Below, one piece after another: positions 19,222 through 29,148 of a stretch of 64,000 bases of DNA. The DNA comes from Candidatus Multivoradales bacterium (lineage in GTDB: Bacteria; Acidobacteriota; Thermoanaerobaculia; Multivoradales; JAHEKO01), in contig CBDFIJ010000004.1 of NCBI GenBank assembly GCA_965248055.1, forward strand, positions 928,001 to 992,000, given 5' to 3'. The notes under the pieces were generated by a model, which saw only the letters and a list, made by a program, of their open reading frames with translations, did not search any database and was not told where the DNA came from. The first letter of the stretch is position 1. Every line of letters begins with the position of its first letter. The position numbers and the translations under genes are program-made.

Positions 19222-20134
19222 AGCGAATCCTTGGGTCGAGCAGCGCGTAGAGCAAATCGGTGATCAGGTTGACCGCCAGGTAAGTAATCGCCATCAGCAG
19301 GACCCCACCTTGCACCACCGGGTAATCGCGCAGGCGAATCGCCTGGATCAGCAAGCGGCCCAGGCCAGGCCACGAAAAGATGGTTTCGGTGATAATCGCT
19401 CCGGTGAGTAGGGCGCCGGTTTGCAGACCGATCACCGTAACCACCGGAATTAGGGCGTTGGCAAAGGCGTGACGCCAAACCGCCACCGAGTGGGCGACCC
19501 CTTTGGCGCGCGCGGTGATCATGTAGGGCTTGGGAAGTTCCTGCGCCACCGCAGTGCGCACCATCCGGGCCAACAGGCCGGCCAACGCGGTTCCCAGGGT
19601 GATCGAAGGCAGCACCAAATGAGCCAGTCCGCCGCGACCGGAGACCGGGAACCAACCGGCGCGAATCGAAAACAGCAAGATCAAGATCGGGCCGAGCCAA
19701 AAATTGGGGGTCGAGACTCCGAGCAGAGAGATCACGCGGGCCAAGTGATCGACCCAGCGACCCCGATAGATCGCCGCGACAATCCCCAGAGGCACCGCCA
19801 GAAACACCGCCACCAACAGACTCCCAAGAGCCAGTTCCAGGGTCGCCGGATAATGCTCCCAGAGCAGACTGGAGACCGAACGTTGGTAGTGAAACGACTG
19901 CCCAAGATCGCCGCGAACCAGCCCCTTGAGAAAAGACAGGTACTGCACGCCCAAGGGTTGATCCAAGCCCAAGTCGGCGCGCATCGCCTCGACATCCGCC
20001 GCCCGGGCACTCTCCCCCAGCATCATCGCCACCGGATCTCCCGGAATCAAATGGATCAACGAGAACACCGCCGTGGCCACCAACAGTGCCAGCGGAACGA
20101 CCTGCAGAAGTCGACGCAGAGCGTAGCGAGCCAT
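19211..20134 (-). CDS. Dipeptide/oligopeptide/nickel ABC transporter permease (DppB-like)
   Basis: LIPGDP, GLDQPL..QY, TARAKG, ETIFSWPGLG, RDYPVVQG. Confidence 0.92.
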   Translation of the reverse strand: MARYALRRLLQVVPLALLVATAVFSLIHLIPGDPVAMMLGESARAADVEAMRADLGLDQPLGVQYLSFLKGLVRGDLGQSFHYQRSVSSLLWEHYPATLELALGSLLVAVFLAVPLGIVAAIYRGRWVDHLARVISLLGVSTPNFWLGPILILLFSIRAGWFPVSGRGGLAHLVLPSITLGTALAGLLARMVRTAVAQELPKPYMITARAKGVAHSVAVWRHAFANALIPVVTVIGLQTGALLTGAIITETIFSWPGLGRLLIQAIRLRDYPVVQGGVLLMAITYLAVNLITDLLYALLDPRIRYGE

Positions 20135-23100
20135 CAGACCCTGATCCCTAGCTTGCGAATCCAATAGGAGAGACCCTGGCGGGTCAACCCCACCGATCTG
20201 GCAGCTTCCGCCTGATTGCCGCCTGTGCGCTTGAGGGCGTCTTCGATCAACTTCCTGCGAAACCGATCGACTTCCACTTGAAAGTCGGTGCGCGGTGGCG
20301 CATCGGGCTGGGAAAACTCCAGATCGTCAGCGGCGATGCGGCCGTCGTCACTTAAAGCCGTGGCCAAGCGCAACACATTCTCCAGTTCTCGGACATTGCC
20401 CGGCCAAGGATGGCGTAGCAACTTGGTCACCGCCTCGCTCTCGAGATGAAACGCCCGATCTTCACGACTCCATTGAGCTAAGAAATGGCGCGCGATCAAG
20501 ATCACATCTTGCCCCCGCTCTCGAAGCGGTGGCAACTCAACCCGGCCGACGTGCAAACGGTAGAAGAGGTCCTGACGAAAGGTTGCGTCGTCAAGCATGC
20601 GGGTCAAGTCACGGTGAGTCGCCGCCACCACCCGGGTATCCACTTTTCGAACTCGGCTCTCCCCCAAACGCATGACTTCCGATTCTTGCAGCAAGCGGAG
20701 AAATCGTCCCTGTGCGTCGAACGGAAGATCCCCAACCTCGTCCAAAAACACTGTTCCACGATTGGCACTCTCGAAGTGTCCAGCGCGGTCCTTCTCGGCG
20801 CCGGTAAACGCTCCTTTGACGTGACCAAACAAATCCGACAGCAGCAGAGACTCCGAGACTGCGGCGCAATTGACCGGCACGAACGGACCTTGGGCGCGTT
20901 GGCTGCGTTGATGCACCCACTTAGCCACCAGTTCCTTTCCGGTACCGGTTTCGCCCAAGATCAAAATTGGCAAATCAGAGCGAGCCAGCCGATCCACTCG
21001 ATCGAGCGCCGCCAACAATGCCGGACTCTCGCCAACAATGCCACCGTGATCTCCGGCGACCCGAGAGACCGTAGCCTGCCGCAGCGAGGTTTCGCGAACG
21101 ACCAAGCCCATCAAAGCTCTGAGCGGCGCGTCAACGTGATCGGCGTCCAAGATCAACCGTCCTGCACCCGCGTCCAAGGTCTGACGCTCTCGGCCTCCCT
21201 GTCCTTCGACCAAGACCCCGGCGTCTGGACCATCCCATTCCAAACGCACATCCCCGTATCCAGTCCCGGAAAAAAGCGCCGCGATATCTCCGCCGGTCTC
21301 GGGATCGAGATACTCCGCGACCGCAGACCAAGCATCGCCGGTATTCCCTTCGACAAATCGAGCCCACAGTTCCAAACCCAATTGGCGAAAACTACGGATC
21401 GCCGACAAGCGCTGGCGTCGCGGCACGTATCCGGGGCTCATCAGTTCCAGATCGCGAATCAACCGAGCAGCTCGAAATCCTCCCAGGCTCCCGATCCGCG
21501 CCCAGGACTCAGTACTAAGCGGAACCCCGGCCAGCGCGCCACTCCACAATTCAAAAGTCTCCCCATCGATCGCTTGTTGGGCTCGATGCCGCTCTCCAGC
21601 CAGCGCCCAAACGGCAGGGATCTCCTCCAGATCGAAGGTCGTGAGTCCCTCTTCTCCGCCGTCACGCAAGCGCTGGGCAGCGTCTTCCGGCCTCCCCATC
21701 AGCCCCAGAGCGCGCGCCGCCCAGGCTTGCAGCACTGGGCGCCGCCATTCGAACGTCTCTTGAACCAAGAACTCGTCAACCACTCGGAGCGCTCGATCAG
21801 AACGACCCCGCGTCAGGTGATAGCGCGCCAGCAATTCGACATCGTGGACCACTGCCCGAAGATTCCCCGCCAACTGATCGGCCTTGGCCGCGGCGTCCAC
21901 CAGTTCGCGGACTCCCTCCACCTTGCCCTGTTTGAGTAGAACCTCCACCAAGTTATAGAGATGTACTGAGGTGGTCAGCGGACCTTCGAAGCCCATTGCC
22001 AACCGGTAGGCGTTCCTGGCGGCCCGCTCCGCCCGCACAGTATCTCCACGGAGCTCAGCTGCCGAGACCAGGTTGGCCCACATGAGGCTGGCTCGCACCG
22101 GGGTCATTTGCCGCCGGAATTGAACCAGGGCACAACCGAACGCCTGTTCGGCCTGCCCCCCTTGGCCAGCGCTCAAAGCTCTCAACCCCTCCGCGTTGTA
22201 CCACTTCCAACCGTGCTGTGGATGGTCTCGCAAAGCAGCACCGGCGGAGACTAGATGTGCTGCACTCTCAGTATCGCCGAAGTCGTAGGCCGAACTTGCC
22301 AAAGAGGCCGTCGCCAGCATGTTCCAAGGCGAACGATCCATTTTTGCCAGCTTGGAGCGCCAACGGTCGACACCCTTCAAATCTCCCAGGTTGAACAGCA
22401 TACGCAGTGCAACATCTCCGACTTTGGTCTGTTGCTGGTCGTTGAGAGTTCGCTTTTCCAACTTGGCCAGTTGCTTTCGCGCCGCTCCCAGACGCTGCAA
22501 TCGGACCAAACAGAGCAACCGAACTACCTCAGCCTCGATCCTCGACACTCGCTGGACAACTTCCACAGCCTGCTCAAACTTCCCGGTCGCCAAAAGACAC
22601 TGGGCAAACAGAACCCGCTGTTCGTCTCCGCGGAATCCACCTACCCGAAACGCGGACACAGCGGCGGCCCACCGGCTATTGCGCGCAAGCTCGGTTGGGT
22701 CCCCGGCACCAGCCCCCGACCAGTCGCGTCGGAGCTCTCCCGCCGCGATCAATGATCGAGGGGTCTCTCCGCCATCCAAATGTCGTTCGACCTGAAGTTG
22801 AAAGGCCATCGGTCCGACGACCCTGGTTTCCCCGCTACCTGCCTCTTCCGCGAATAGCGCGTGGCGGGCGTAGTCGAAATCTGACTTCCACAGGAATGGC
22901 GAGAAGTTGAAGATCTGGCGCAAAATCTCAGTGATCGTCAGCGGCGCCAGTGACTGTTCCCAGGCAACCGCCAAACGCCGAGCACTCCGACGCGCTTCTC
23001 CTCGTCCAGAAATTTCGGACTCGCAGCGAAATAGGGCCAACAGAAAATCACGCAATCGACGATGGGCTGGGAGCGAGTCTCGGCCTGGCTGAGCGACGAG

Positions 23101-23304
23101 TCCAGCCAATGCCCCGGTGGAGACAACGTGTCCTTCTTCCAATCCACCGACCAATTTCCACCCAGCCGCATCCAAGTGCGCCAGCAATCCAGCGGCCTGC
23201 AACACTACGGCGAGCTTGGCGCGATCGGTCAACTCCGCTTCAACGACTCGATCCCCCACCAATTCCCGGAGGCAAGGGTGTTCAAGTCTTGATATCGGGC
23301 TCAC
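20134..23304 (-). CDS. Large sigma-54-dependent enhancer-binding protein with a long N-terminal helical/TPR-like region
   Basis: GETGTGKE, GAFTGA, FLDEVGD, FRQDLFYRL, WPGNVREL and Fis-type HTH; GTG 23304 with GGAG RBS just after aroA. Confidence 0.88.
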   Translation of the reverse strand: MSPISRLEHPCLRELVGDRVVEAELTDRAKLAVVLQAAGLLAHLDAAGWKLVGGLEEGHVVSTGALAGLVAQPGRDSLPAHRRLRDFLLALFRCESEISGRGEARRSARRLAVAWEQSLAPLTITEILRQIFNFSPFLWKSDFDYARHALFAEEAGSGETRVVGPMAFQLQVERHLDGGETPRSLIAAGELRRDWSGAGAGDPTELARNSRWAAAVSAFRVGGFRGDEQRVLFAQCLLATGKFEQAVEVVQRVSRIEAEVVRLLCLVRLQRLGAARKQLAKLEKRTLNDQQQTKVGDVALRMLFNLGDLKGVDRWRSKLAKMDRSPWNMLATASLASSAYDFGDTESAAHLVSAGAALRDHPQHGWKWYNAEGLRALSAGQGGQAEQAFGCALVQFRRQMTPVRASLMWANLVSAAELRGDTVRAERAARNAYRLAMGFEGPLTTSVHLYNLVEVLLKQGKVEGVRELVDAAAKADQLAGNLRAVVHDVELLARYHLTRGRSDRALRVVDEFLVQETFEWRRPVLQAWAARALGLMGRPEDAAQRLRDGGEEGLTTFDLEEIPAVWALAGERHRAQQAIDGETFELWSGALAGVPLSTESWARIGSLGGFRAARLIRDLELMSPGYVPRRQRLSAIRSFRQLGLELWARFVEGNTGDAWSAVAEYLDPETGGDIAALFSGTGYGDVRLEWDGPDAGVLVEGQGGRERQTLDAGAGRLILDADHVDAPLRALMGLVVRETSLRQATVSRVAGDHGGIVGESPALLAALDRVDRLARSDLPILILGETGTGKELVAKWVHQRSQRAQGPFVPVNCAAVSESLLLSDLFGHVKGAFTGAEKDRAGHFESANRGTVFLDEVGDLPFDAQGRFLRLLQESEVMRLGESRVRKVDTRVVAATHRDLTRMLDDATFRQDLFYRLHVGRVELPPLRERGQDVILIARHFLAQWSREDRAFHLESEAVTKLLRHPWPGNVRELENVLRLATALSDDGRIAADDLEFSQPDAPPRTDFQVEVDRFRRKLIEDALKRTGGNQAEAARSVGLTRQGLSYWIRKLGIRV

Positions 23305-23323
23305 CGTTCTCCACCGAAAAGGA

Positions 23324-24703
23324 CTAAGAAAACAAAGACTGCCAATGTTGCCAGAATTCGCGATAGGACTTGGCCACGACCTCGGGCTGGCGCATGCGGA
23401 TGCCCGGTCGCTTGGCTGCCAGCACCGCCATCGCCATAGCGATGCGGTGATCTTCTTGGGGGTCGACCGCGACCTCAAATTGGGGTACCTCGCCCCGGCT
23501 CCAACTGCCTTCGATCCGCAACCCGTCTTCCCGCTGCTCCACCTGAGCGCCAACCTGGGTCAGTTCTCGAGTTAGTACTTGTAGACGATCACTCTCTTTG
23601 TGGCGCAGGTGGGCCGCCCCGCGAATCACGGTAGTACCGCTAGCAAAGGGTGCCAAGCAAGCCAGGGTGGGCACTTGATCGGGCATATTGCCCAGATCGA
23701 CATCAAGCGCCTGCAGGGCACCGAAACCGCGTACCTTGACCCCACCCTCGGTCCACTCGATTTTGGCTCCCATGCGTTGCAGTAGTTCCAAAAAACCCAG
23801 GTCTCCTTGGCTGCTGGCTCGCTCAACGCCTACCAATTCGACAGTACCACCGGTGAGCGCCGCCGCGGCAGCGGGATAGGCGGCCGAGGACCAATCAGCT
23901 TCGATCGCGGCTTGTTGAGGGGCGTCCAGTCCTGGACGAACAAGATATTCACGCTGGGATGAATCACCATCAGTGTGCTCAAGGCGGGCTCCAAAAAGCC
24001 GCATCCAAGCCACGGTCAAGTCAACATAGGGCTCGGAAACCAGGTTGTCGACCCGGATCGTGGTCGGTGTCGAGGCCCGGGTTGAGGCCCGGGTTGAGGC
24101 ACAGGTCGCTGCCATCAGCAGCGCCGACAAATATTGACTCGAAGTACGGGCGTCGACTTGCAACCCAGACTCCTGCCACGGCCCGCCTTCGATCTCGATC
24201 GGCAGACTCGACGACGCTGACGCTGGACGTATCCGGCAGCCAACGCGGCTCAGTGAGTCGATCAGCTCTTGAATCGGCCGGGCGCCCAGTTGCGCTGATC
24301 CGTGCACAGTCCAGCGGCCCGGGAGGGTGGTCAGCGAAGCCACCAGGAATCGAAATCCAGTGCCTGAAGAACCGCAATCCAAGCTGGCTTGCTCGGGGTA
24401 GCGACGCGGAGGAGTCAGCATCCAGTCTTGGGTCTCGTTCTCTTCTACCGTCCATTCCAGACCGTTTAGGACACTCAAGAAAGCGAGGCTGTCCTGGTCG
24501 TTGGGTGGGCTGGTGATGGTGATCGGAGAGCCAGCCAGCAAGGTAAGATTGAAGATTCTCTGCGCCACACTTTTGGAACCAGGAACCTCCACCCGACCGA
24601 AGACCCTGCCACTGGGCAACACGCCCCGGGGGCCGCTGACCCCAGTGCCGACCCCAGTGCCGGCCCCAGGCTTGCCCCCAGACGCGGTCCCAGAGACTGC
24701 CAT
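23324..24703 (-). CDS. aroA: 3-phosphoshikimate 1-carboxyvinyltransferase
   Basis: PGSKS, SGTGFRFL, SSQYLSALLMA, LRHKESDRL, DHRIAMA, VAKSY. Confidence 0.93.
   Translation of the reverse strand: MAVSGTASGGKPGAGTGVGTGVSGPRGVLPSGRVFGRVEVPGSKSVAQRIFNLTLLAGSPITITSPPNDQDSLAFLSVLNGLEWTVEENETQDWMLTPPRRYPEQASLDCGSSGTGFRFLVASLTTLPGRWTVHGSAQLGARPIQELIDSLSRVGCRIRPASASSSLPIEIEGGPWQESGLQVDARTSSQYLSALLMAATCASTRASTRASTPTTIRVDNLVSEPYVDLTVAWMRLFGARLEHTDGDSSQREYLVRPGLDAPQQAAIEADWSSAAYPAAAAALTGGTVELVGVERASSQGDLGFLELLQRMGAKIEWTEGGVKVRGFGALQALDVDLGNMPDQVPTLACLAPFASGTTVIRGAAHLRHKESDRLQVLTRELTQVGAQVEQREDGLRIEGSWSRGEVPQFEVAVDPQEDHRIAMAMAVLAAKRPGIRMRQPEVVAKSYREFWQHWQSLFS
24072..24100. repeat. In-frame 12-bp tandem duplication inside aroA (ASTRASTRAST)
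   Basis: GAGGCCCGGGTT twice plus a partial copy. Confidence 0.85.
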
Positions 24704-25386
24704 CAGGCCAACCACTCCACCTTGCGGGAATGAAACCAAGCGTCGATCAGCCGCACTTCTCCACCGGCCACTTGTATCGTTGCCGGCTCATGAAAGTGCC
24801 CCATCACCACTAGGTCGATCCCTTCAGCGATTCGTTTCTCACCGAACTGCCGCAGAGCGTCCTCGGGGATCTCCAATCGGTACTTCTGGTTGGTCTTGGC
24901 GATCTCTCGTTCAGCGCTGTCAACCAACCAACGAGCCAGGCGATAGGGCAGGCCCCGCATCATCACACGAACCGGAGCGCTCTTGGAGAATCGACTCCAG
25001 AATATATGCCTCTTATCGGCGGTGTTGATCCGGTCTCCATGCACCGCCAGGACTCGCTGGCCACTGGTGGTGTCAAAGGTCAACTCCAGGGCGAATCGAT
25101 CAAAAGCCTGGCGATAGGCACTGTCGTCGAGGAAAAAATCTCGGTTTCCTTCGACATAGTGAACTCGGATACCCGCAACACGGAGTTGGTTGGCTAGCTC
25201 GATGAAGTCGCGAATGTCTTGGCTTTCGTACTTGGGAGAGCCTACCCAGACGTGAAACAAGTCGCCCAGCAGAAGCAAATCGGTACACCCGGCATCGGGG
25301 AGTGCGCGCAGTTGCCCAAACAGCTCGGCGCCCGCTCCTCCGGGCCCTCCGATATGGGCATCAGCGACAACCGCGATTCGCGACAT
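24703..25386 (-). CDS. lpxH: UDP-2,3-diacylglucosamine diphosphatase (LpxH-like metallophosphoesterase)
   Basis: DAH, LGDLF, EGNRDF, HGD and GHFH motifs. Confidence 0.8.
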   Translation of the reverse strand: MSRIAVVADAHIGGPGGAGAELFGQLRALPDAGCTDLLLLGDLFHVWVGSPKYESQDIRDFIELANQLRVAGIRVHYVEGNRDFFLDDSAYRQAFDRFALELTFDTTSGQRVLAVHGDRINTADKRHIFWSRFSKSAPVRVMMRGLPYRLARWLVDSAEREIAKTNQKYRLEIPEDALRQFGEKRIAEGIDLVVMGHFHEPATIQVAGGEVRLIDAWFHSRKVEWLA

Positions 25387-25395
25387 TACCAAGTC

Positions 25396-26466
25396 CTAGA
25401 TGATGGAAACGACGGCGGTATTGTCGGCCATCGCTTCGGCGGTCACCCGTCCCGCGAGGGCGGCAAACGCCTGGGCGTGAACGCCGTCCGGTTCGGCTGC
25501 AACTACCGGTGTGCCTCGATCGCCGCCGATCATGATTGCTGGATCCAGAGGAATCGCACCCAGGTAAGCGCAGTCCAGCGTCTCAGCGGTGGTCTTGCCA
25601 CCTCCGGAACCAAAAACCGGGGTCACCTCTCCACAGTGAGGACACGAGAACCCCGACATATTCTCGATAATCCCGAACACCGGAACCTCGACCTTGCGAA
25701 ACATCGCCAGCCCTTTACGGGCATCGATCAGCGCCAGATCCTGTGGCGTGGTGACGATCACCGCACCAGAAACCGGCACTTTTTGCGACAAGGTCAGTTG
25801 CGCGTCGCCGGTCCCGGGCGGTAGATCGACAATCAGGTATTCAAGTGCGCCCCAGTTGACATCGCCCAACAACTGCTCAATCGCCCGCACGATCATCGGC
25901 CCGCGCCAAATCACCGGCGTATCGACGTCGAGAATGAAGCCCAACGACATCACCCTCACGCCAAATTTCTCAAACGGGAAGATCCGGTTGCCCTCAACCT
26001 TGGGCTTGTCGGTAATGCCAAACATCATCGGCAAAGAGGGGCCGTAAATATCAGCGTCCAAGATTCCAACACTGTGCCCCTGTTGAGCCAACGCGACGGC
26101 GAGATTCGCCGAAACGGTGGACTTGCCAACCCCGCCTTTGCCACTGGCGACCGCGATGACGTTCTTAACTTCCGGAATCAGGTCACTGCTGGTCGATACC
26201 GCCTGCTGCGCCGGGGCGGCGGGGACCGTGATCGCCAACGTCACTTCGGCGTCGATGCCGTCAGCCTCCAAGGCTCGCTCGACCTGCCGTTGGACCTCCT
26301 CGGCGCTGTCTCGATTGCGCGTTTGGATCGCCAAATTGACCTGTACTGTGTCGCCTTCCGCAACCACTCGGTCGACAAAGCCAAACGAAACGATACTGCG
26401 AGACATTCCCGGAAAAGTCACCGTCTCGAGGATTTTCCACACTCGATCCGTGAGTTGTTGATTCAT
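25396..26466 (-). CDS. mrp: Mrp/NBP35/ApbC Fe-S cluster carrier ATPase
   Basis: SGKGGVGKST, DADIYGPS, VIWRGPM, DLPPGTGD, ENMS..CPHC. Confidence 0.95.
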   Translation of the reverse strand: MNQQLTDRVWKILETVTFPGMSRSIVSFGFVDRVVAEGDTVQVNLAIQTRNRDSAEEVQRQVERALEADGIDAEVTLAITVPAAPAQQAVSTSSDLIPEVKNVIAVASGKGGVGKSTVSANLAVALAQQGHSVGILDADIYGPSLPMMFGITDKPKVEGNRIFPFEKFGVRVMSLGFILDVDTPVIWRGPMIVRAIEQLLGDVNWGALEYLIVDLPPGTGDAQLTLSQKVPVSGAVIVTTPQDLALIDARKGLAMFRKVEVPVFGIIENMSGFSCPHCGEVTPVFGSGGGKTTAETLDCAYLGAIPLDPAIMIGGDRGTPVVAAEPDGVHAQAFAALAGRVTAEAMADNTAVVSII

Positions 26467-27224
26467 CCATTCTCCTGGTCCTGAGACGCACCGATCAACC
26501 CGTTGATCTGGTCTCGAATTGCCACATTGAGCTGCTTGCGATTCTCGAAATCACTCGGTAGCAGCAGAGTCCCGTAGTGTACCGAGATTGTGCCGGGGTG
26601 GATGGTTCTACGGTTGCGCGGCTTCACCTCCAATGCCCCTCGAATTCCCACCGGTAGCACCGGCAGTCCACTCGAGATTGCCAACAGAGATCCACCCCCG
26701 CGAAAGGGCAGCAAACGACCATCGAGTGATCTGGTTTCTTCAGGAAAGATCGCCAGAGAACAACCTTCTCCAAGCTGGGCTTTAGCCGAACTAAAGGCAC
26801 GCGCGCGGTTTTGCGTCTGACCACGGTCAACCGAAACGAATCCAGCCGCACGCATCGCCCCACCCAAAAAAGGGATGGCAAACAACTGTTTCTTGGCGAG
26901 AAATCGCACCTTGAACGGAAGCGCAAGAAACAGTACGGGGATGTCGTACAGGCTGCTGTGGTTGGCCATCACAATACATTGACCGATCTTTGAAAGATCG
27001 CCGGTTTCGGTCAGTTTCAAGTGCACTCCGCTGGCAAGCAGCACCACTCGCGCCCAGGTTCGCAGCAGCCAAGTAATCGCAGCATCCCAGCGGACTACGG
27101 TTGCCATCATCACCGAAACCGAACACAACAGGGTCGAGACCACCAGGACAGGAATCCCAACCACGGTGGCGAGAGCCGAGGCAACACCGCCAAACGCGTT
27201 ACTATCTCGGCCCGGATCGCTCAT
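26463..27224 (-). CDS. plsC: 1-acyl-sn-glycerol-3-phosphate (lysophospholipid) acyltransferase
   Basis: NHSSLYD, FLAKKQL, FVSVDR, IFPEETRS. Confidence 0.85.
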   Translation of the reverse strand: MSDPGRDSNAFGGVASALATVVGIPVLVVSTLLCSVSVMMATVVRWDAAITWLLRTWARVVLLASGVHLKLTETGDLSKIGQCIVMANHSSLYDIPVLFLALPFKVRFLAKKQLFAIPFLGGAMRAAGFVSVDRGQTQNRARAFSSAKAQLGEGCSLAIFPEETRSLDGRLLPFRGGGSLLAISSGLPVLPVGIRGALEVKPRNRRTIHPGTISVHYGTLLLPSDFENRKQLNVAIRDQINGLIGASQDQENG

Positions 27225-27257
27225 CTCGACGGAGCCTTTGCCGGAGTCAAACGAATC

Positions 27258-27641
27258 ATGAATTCTCCCACGGGTGTATCGATCGATCGAGGAATGCGGC
27301 TGTTACGGAGCGGCTTGTGGTGTGGGGCGTTGGGGAACTTGTTGTTGGGCCTAGTCCTCATCGTCTCGCCCGAAATTCTGCGTCTTCCGCCAGTAGCCCC
27401 ATTCTACTCGGCGCTGATCGTGGTCTTGCTGACCATTTTAGCCGCCCTCGCTGTGACAGTCGCTTACGCGCCTCCCGGCAACCGACGATCGATCCGCTGG
27501 ATTGCACTCGGACACCTCACGATCGGTTTACTGGCGGCAACTTTTGCCGCTAGCTACGCCTTCGACTTGACGCTGATCGCGGTACTTGAGTTGTTGATTG
27601 CTGGCGCGATCTACTTCGGGCTGAAGCTAGCGCGCCTATGA
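27258..27641 (+). CDS. Small membrane protein (about 4 TM segments)
   Basis: Four hydrophobic stretches; ATGA overlap with mlaE. Confidence 0.6.
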   Translation: MNSPTGVSIDRGMRLLRSGLWCGALGNLLLGLVLIVSPEILRLPPVAPFYSALIVVLLTILAALAVTVAYAPPGNRRSIRWIALGHLTIGLLAATFAASYAFDLTLIAVLELLIAGAIYFGLKLARL

Positions 27642-28396
27642 TCGAAGGATTGCGCAAAGGCTTGGAAACCGCAGGCGCCCTGGCGGTGCTCGGGTGGCAA
27701 GGCCTGTGGGCAATCTTGACACCACCCTGGCGATTCAAGAATTGGGTCCGGCAGATGGAAAGCGTTGGGGTCCAGTCACTCTTGGTGGCAGCCATCACCA
27801 CCGGCTTTACCGGCATGGTCCTGGCGCTGCAAACCGCCTACAGCCTGCCAACTCTGGGAGTGAAGTACTACATCGGCACTCTGGTTTCCAAGTCGCTGGT
27901 GCGCGAGTTGGGGCCGGTGTTGACCGCCCTGATCGTCGGCGGACGAATTGGTGCCGGCATGACCGCTGAACTCGGCACCATGAATGTCACCGAACAGATA
28001 TCCGCGATGCGATCGATGGCGGCAAATCCGTTACGGGAATTGGTTGCCCCACGGATGGCGGCGACTCTGTTCATGCTCCCGGTGTTGACCATCCTCGGCG
28101 ACGCCATGGGCATCCTCGGCGGGCTGGCGATTGCCGTCTTTCAACTCAATATTTCTGCTGGGTTTTATCTCAACGATGTTGCCGACGCTCTAACCCTGGC
28201 CGATATCGCCAGCGGGGTCGGAAAATCCTTCTTTTTCGCTTTCTTTGTAGCCACGGTGGCGTGCTACAATGGCCTCAACGCGACAGGCGGTGCGGACGGG
28301 GTCGGCAGAGCGACAACCCGCACTGTAGTGGTCTCAGCGATCCTGGTTCTGATTTCTGATTTTTTCCTCACCCAACTGTTTCACATCTTGTTCTGA
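27638..28396 (+). CDS. mlaE: MlaE family lipid ABC transporter permease
   Basis: RELGPVLTAL..GRIGAGMTAELGTM.VTEQI and GADGVGRATT. Confidence 0.92.
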   Translation: MIEGLRKGLETAGALAVLGWQGLWAILTPPWRFKNWVRQMESVGVQSLLVAAITTGFTGMVLALQTAYSLPTLGVKYYIGTLVSKSLVRELGPVLTALIVGGRIGAGMTAELGTMNVTEQISAMRSMAANPLRELVAPRMAATLFMLPVLTILGDAMGILGGLAIAVFQLNISAGFYLNDVADALTLADIASGVGKSFFFAFFVATVACYNGLNATGGADGVGRATTRTVVVSAILVLISDFFLTQLFHILF

Positions 28397-29148
28397 TGCC
28401 GACGGAGACCCTGATCTATTCGGTTCGTTCCGTAAGTAAATCGTACGGATCACAGACGGTATTGAACCAACTCAGTTTCGATCTTTCGGCCGGACAGTCG
28501 CTGGTCATCCTGGGCCGTTCTGGATCTGGCAAGAGCGTTACTTTGCGGCTGCTCAACGGCCTGGAAAAACCGAACTCAGGCGACATCTTGTTCGACGGTG
28601 AAAATATTGTCCCGCTGCCAGAGTCGGCGCTCTACCCGCTGCGTCGGCGCGTCAGTATGCTGTTTCAAGGCGGCGCTCTGTTTGACTCCATGACCGTCGC
28701 AGAGAACTTAGCTTTTCCCTTGAAACGGCATTCCGACCTAAACCCGGCGCAAATTAAACAACGCGTGGAAGCGGCTCTGGAACGAGTGGATCTAGCGGGA
28801 CGCGGTTCCAGTCTGCCGTCCGCGCTCTCCGGCGGAATGAAAAAGCGAGCCGCGTTGGCACGATCGTTGATGCTAAAGCCCGAAGTTATGCTCTACGACG
28901 AACCAACCACCGGACTCGACCCGATGACTTCTGCCAACATCGCCCGACTGATTCGAGACACCCAAGCGACTCTGAAAGTCGCCTCGGTTGTGGTCACTCA
29001 TGACATCGCCCTGGCTCGCAAGGTTGGCGATCGCGTGGCGTTCCTACAGAACGGCCAATTCAGTTTCCTCGGACCCTGGGATCAGGTCAGCCAATGCCAG
29101 AAACTGACCCAATTTCTCTCAGGAACGGAGGCACGCGATGCCGCGTGA
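28396..29148 (+). CDS. mlaF: MlaF family ABC ATP-binding protein
   Basis: GRSGSGKS, FQGGALFDSMTV, LSGGMKKRAALAR, YDEPTTGLDP. Confidence 0.92.
   Translation: MPTETLIYSVRSVSKSYGSQTVLNQLSFDLSAGQSLVILGRSGSGKSVTLRLLNGLEKPNSGDILFDGENIVPLPESALYPLRRRVSMLFQGGALFDSMTVAENLAFPLKRHSDLNPAQIKQRVEAALERVDLAGRGSSLPSALSGGMKKRAALARSLMLKPEVMLYDEPTTGLDPMTSANIARLIRDTQATLKVASVVVTHDIALARKVGDRVAFLQNGQFSFLGPWDQVSQCQKLTQFLSGTEARDAA

Noticed and set aside
20485-21939. 484-aa plus-strand ORF
   Set aside because: Antisense shadow of the sigma-54 activator; no motifs of its own.
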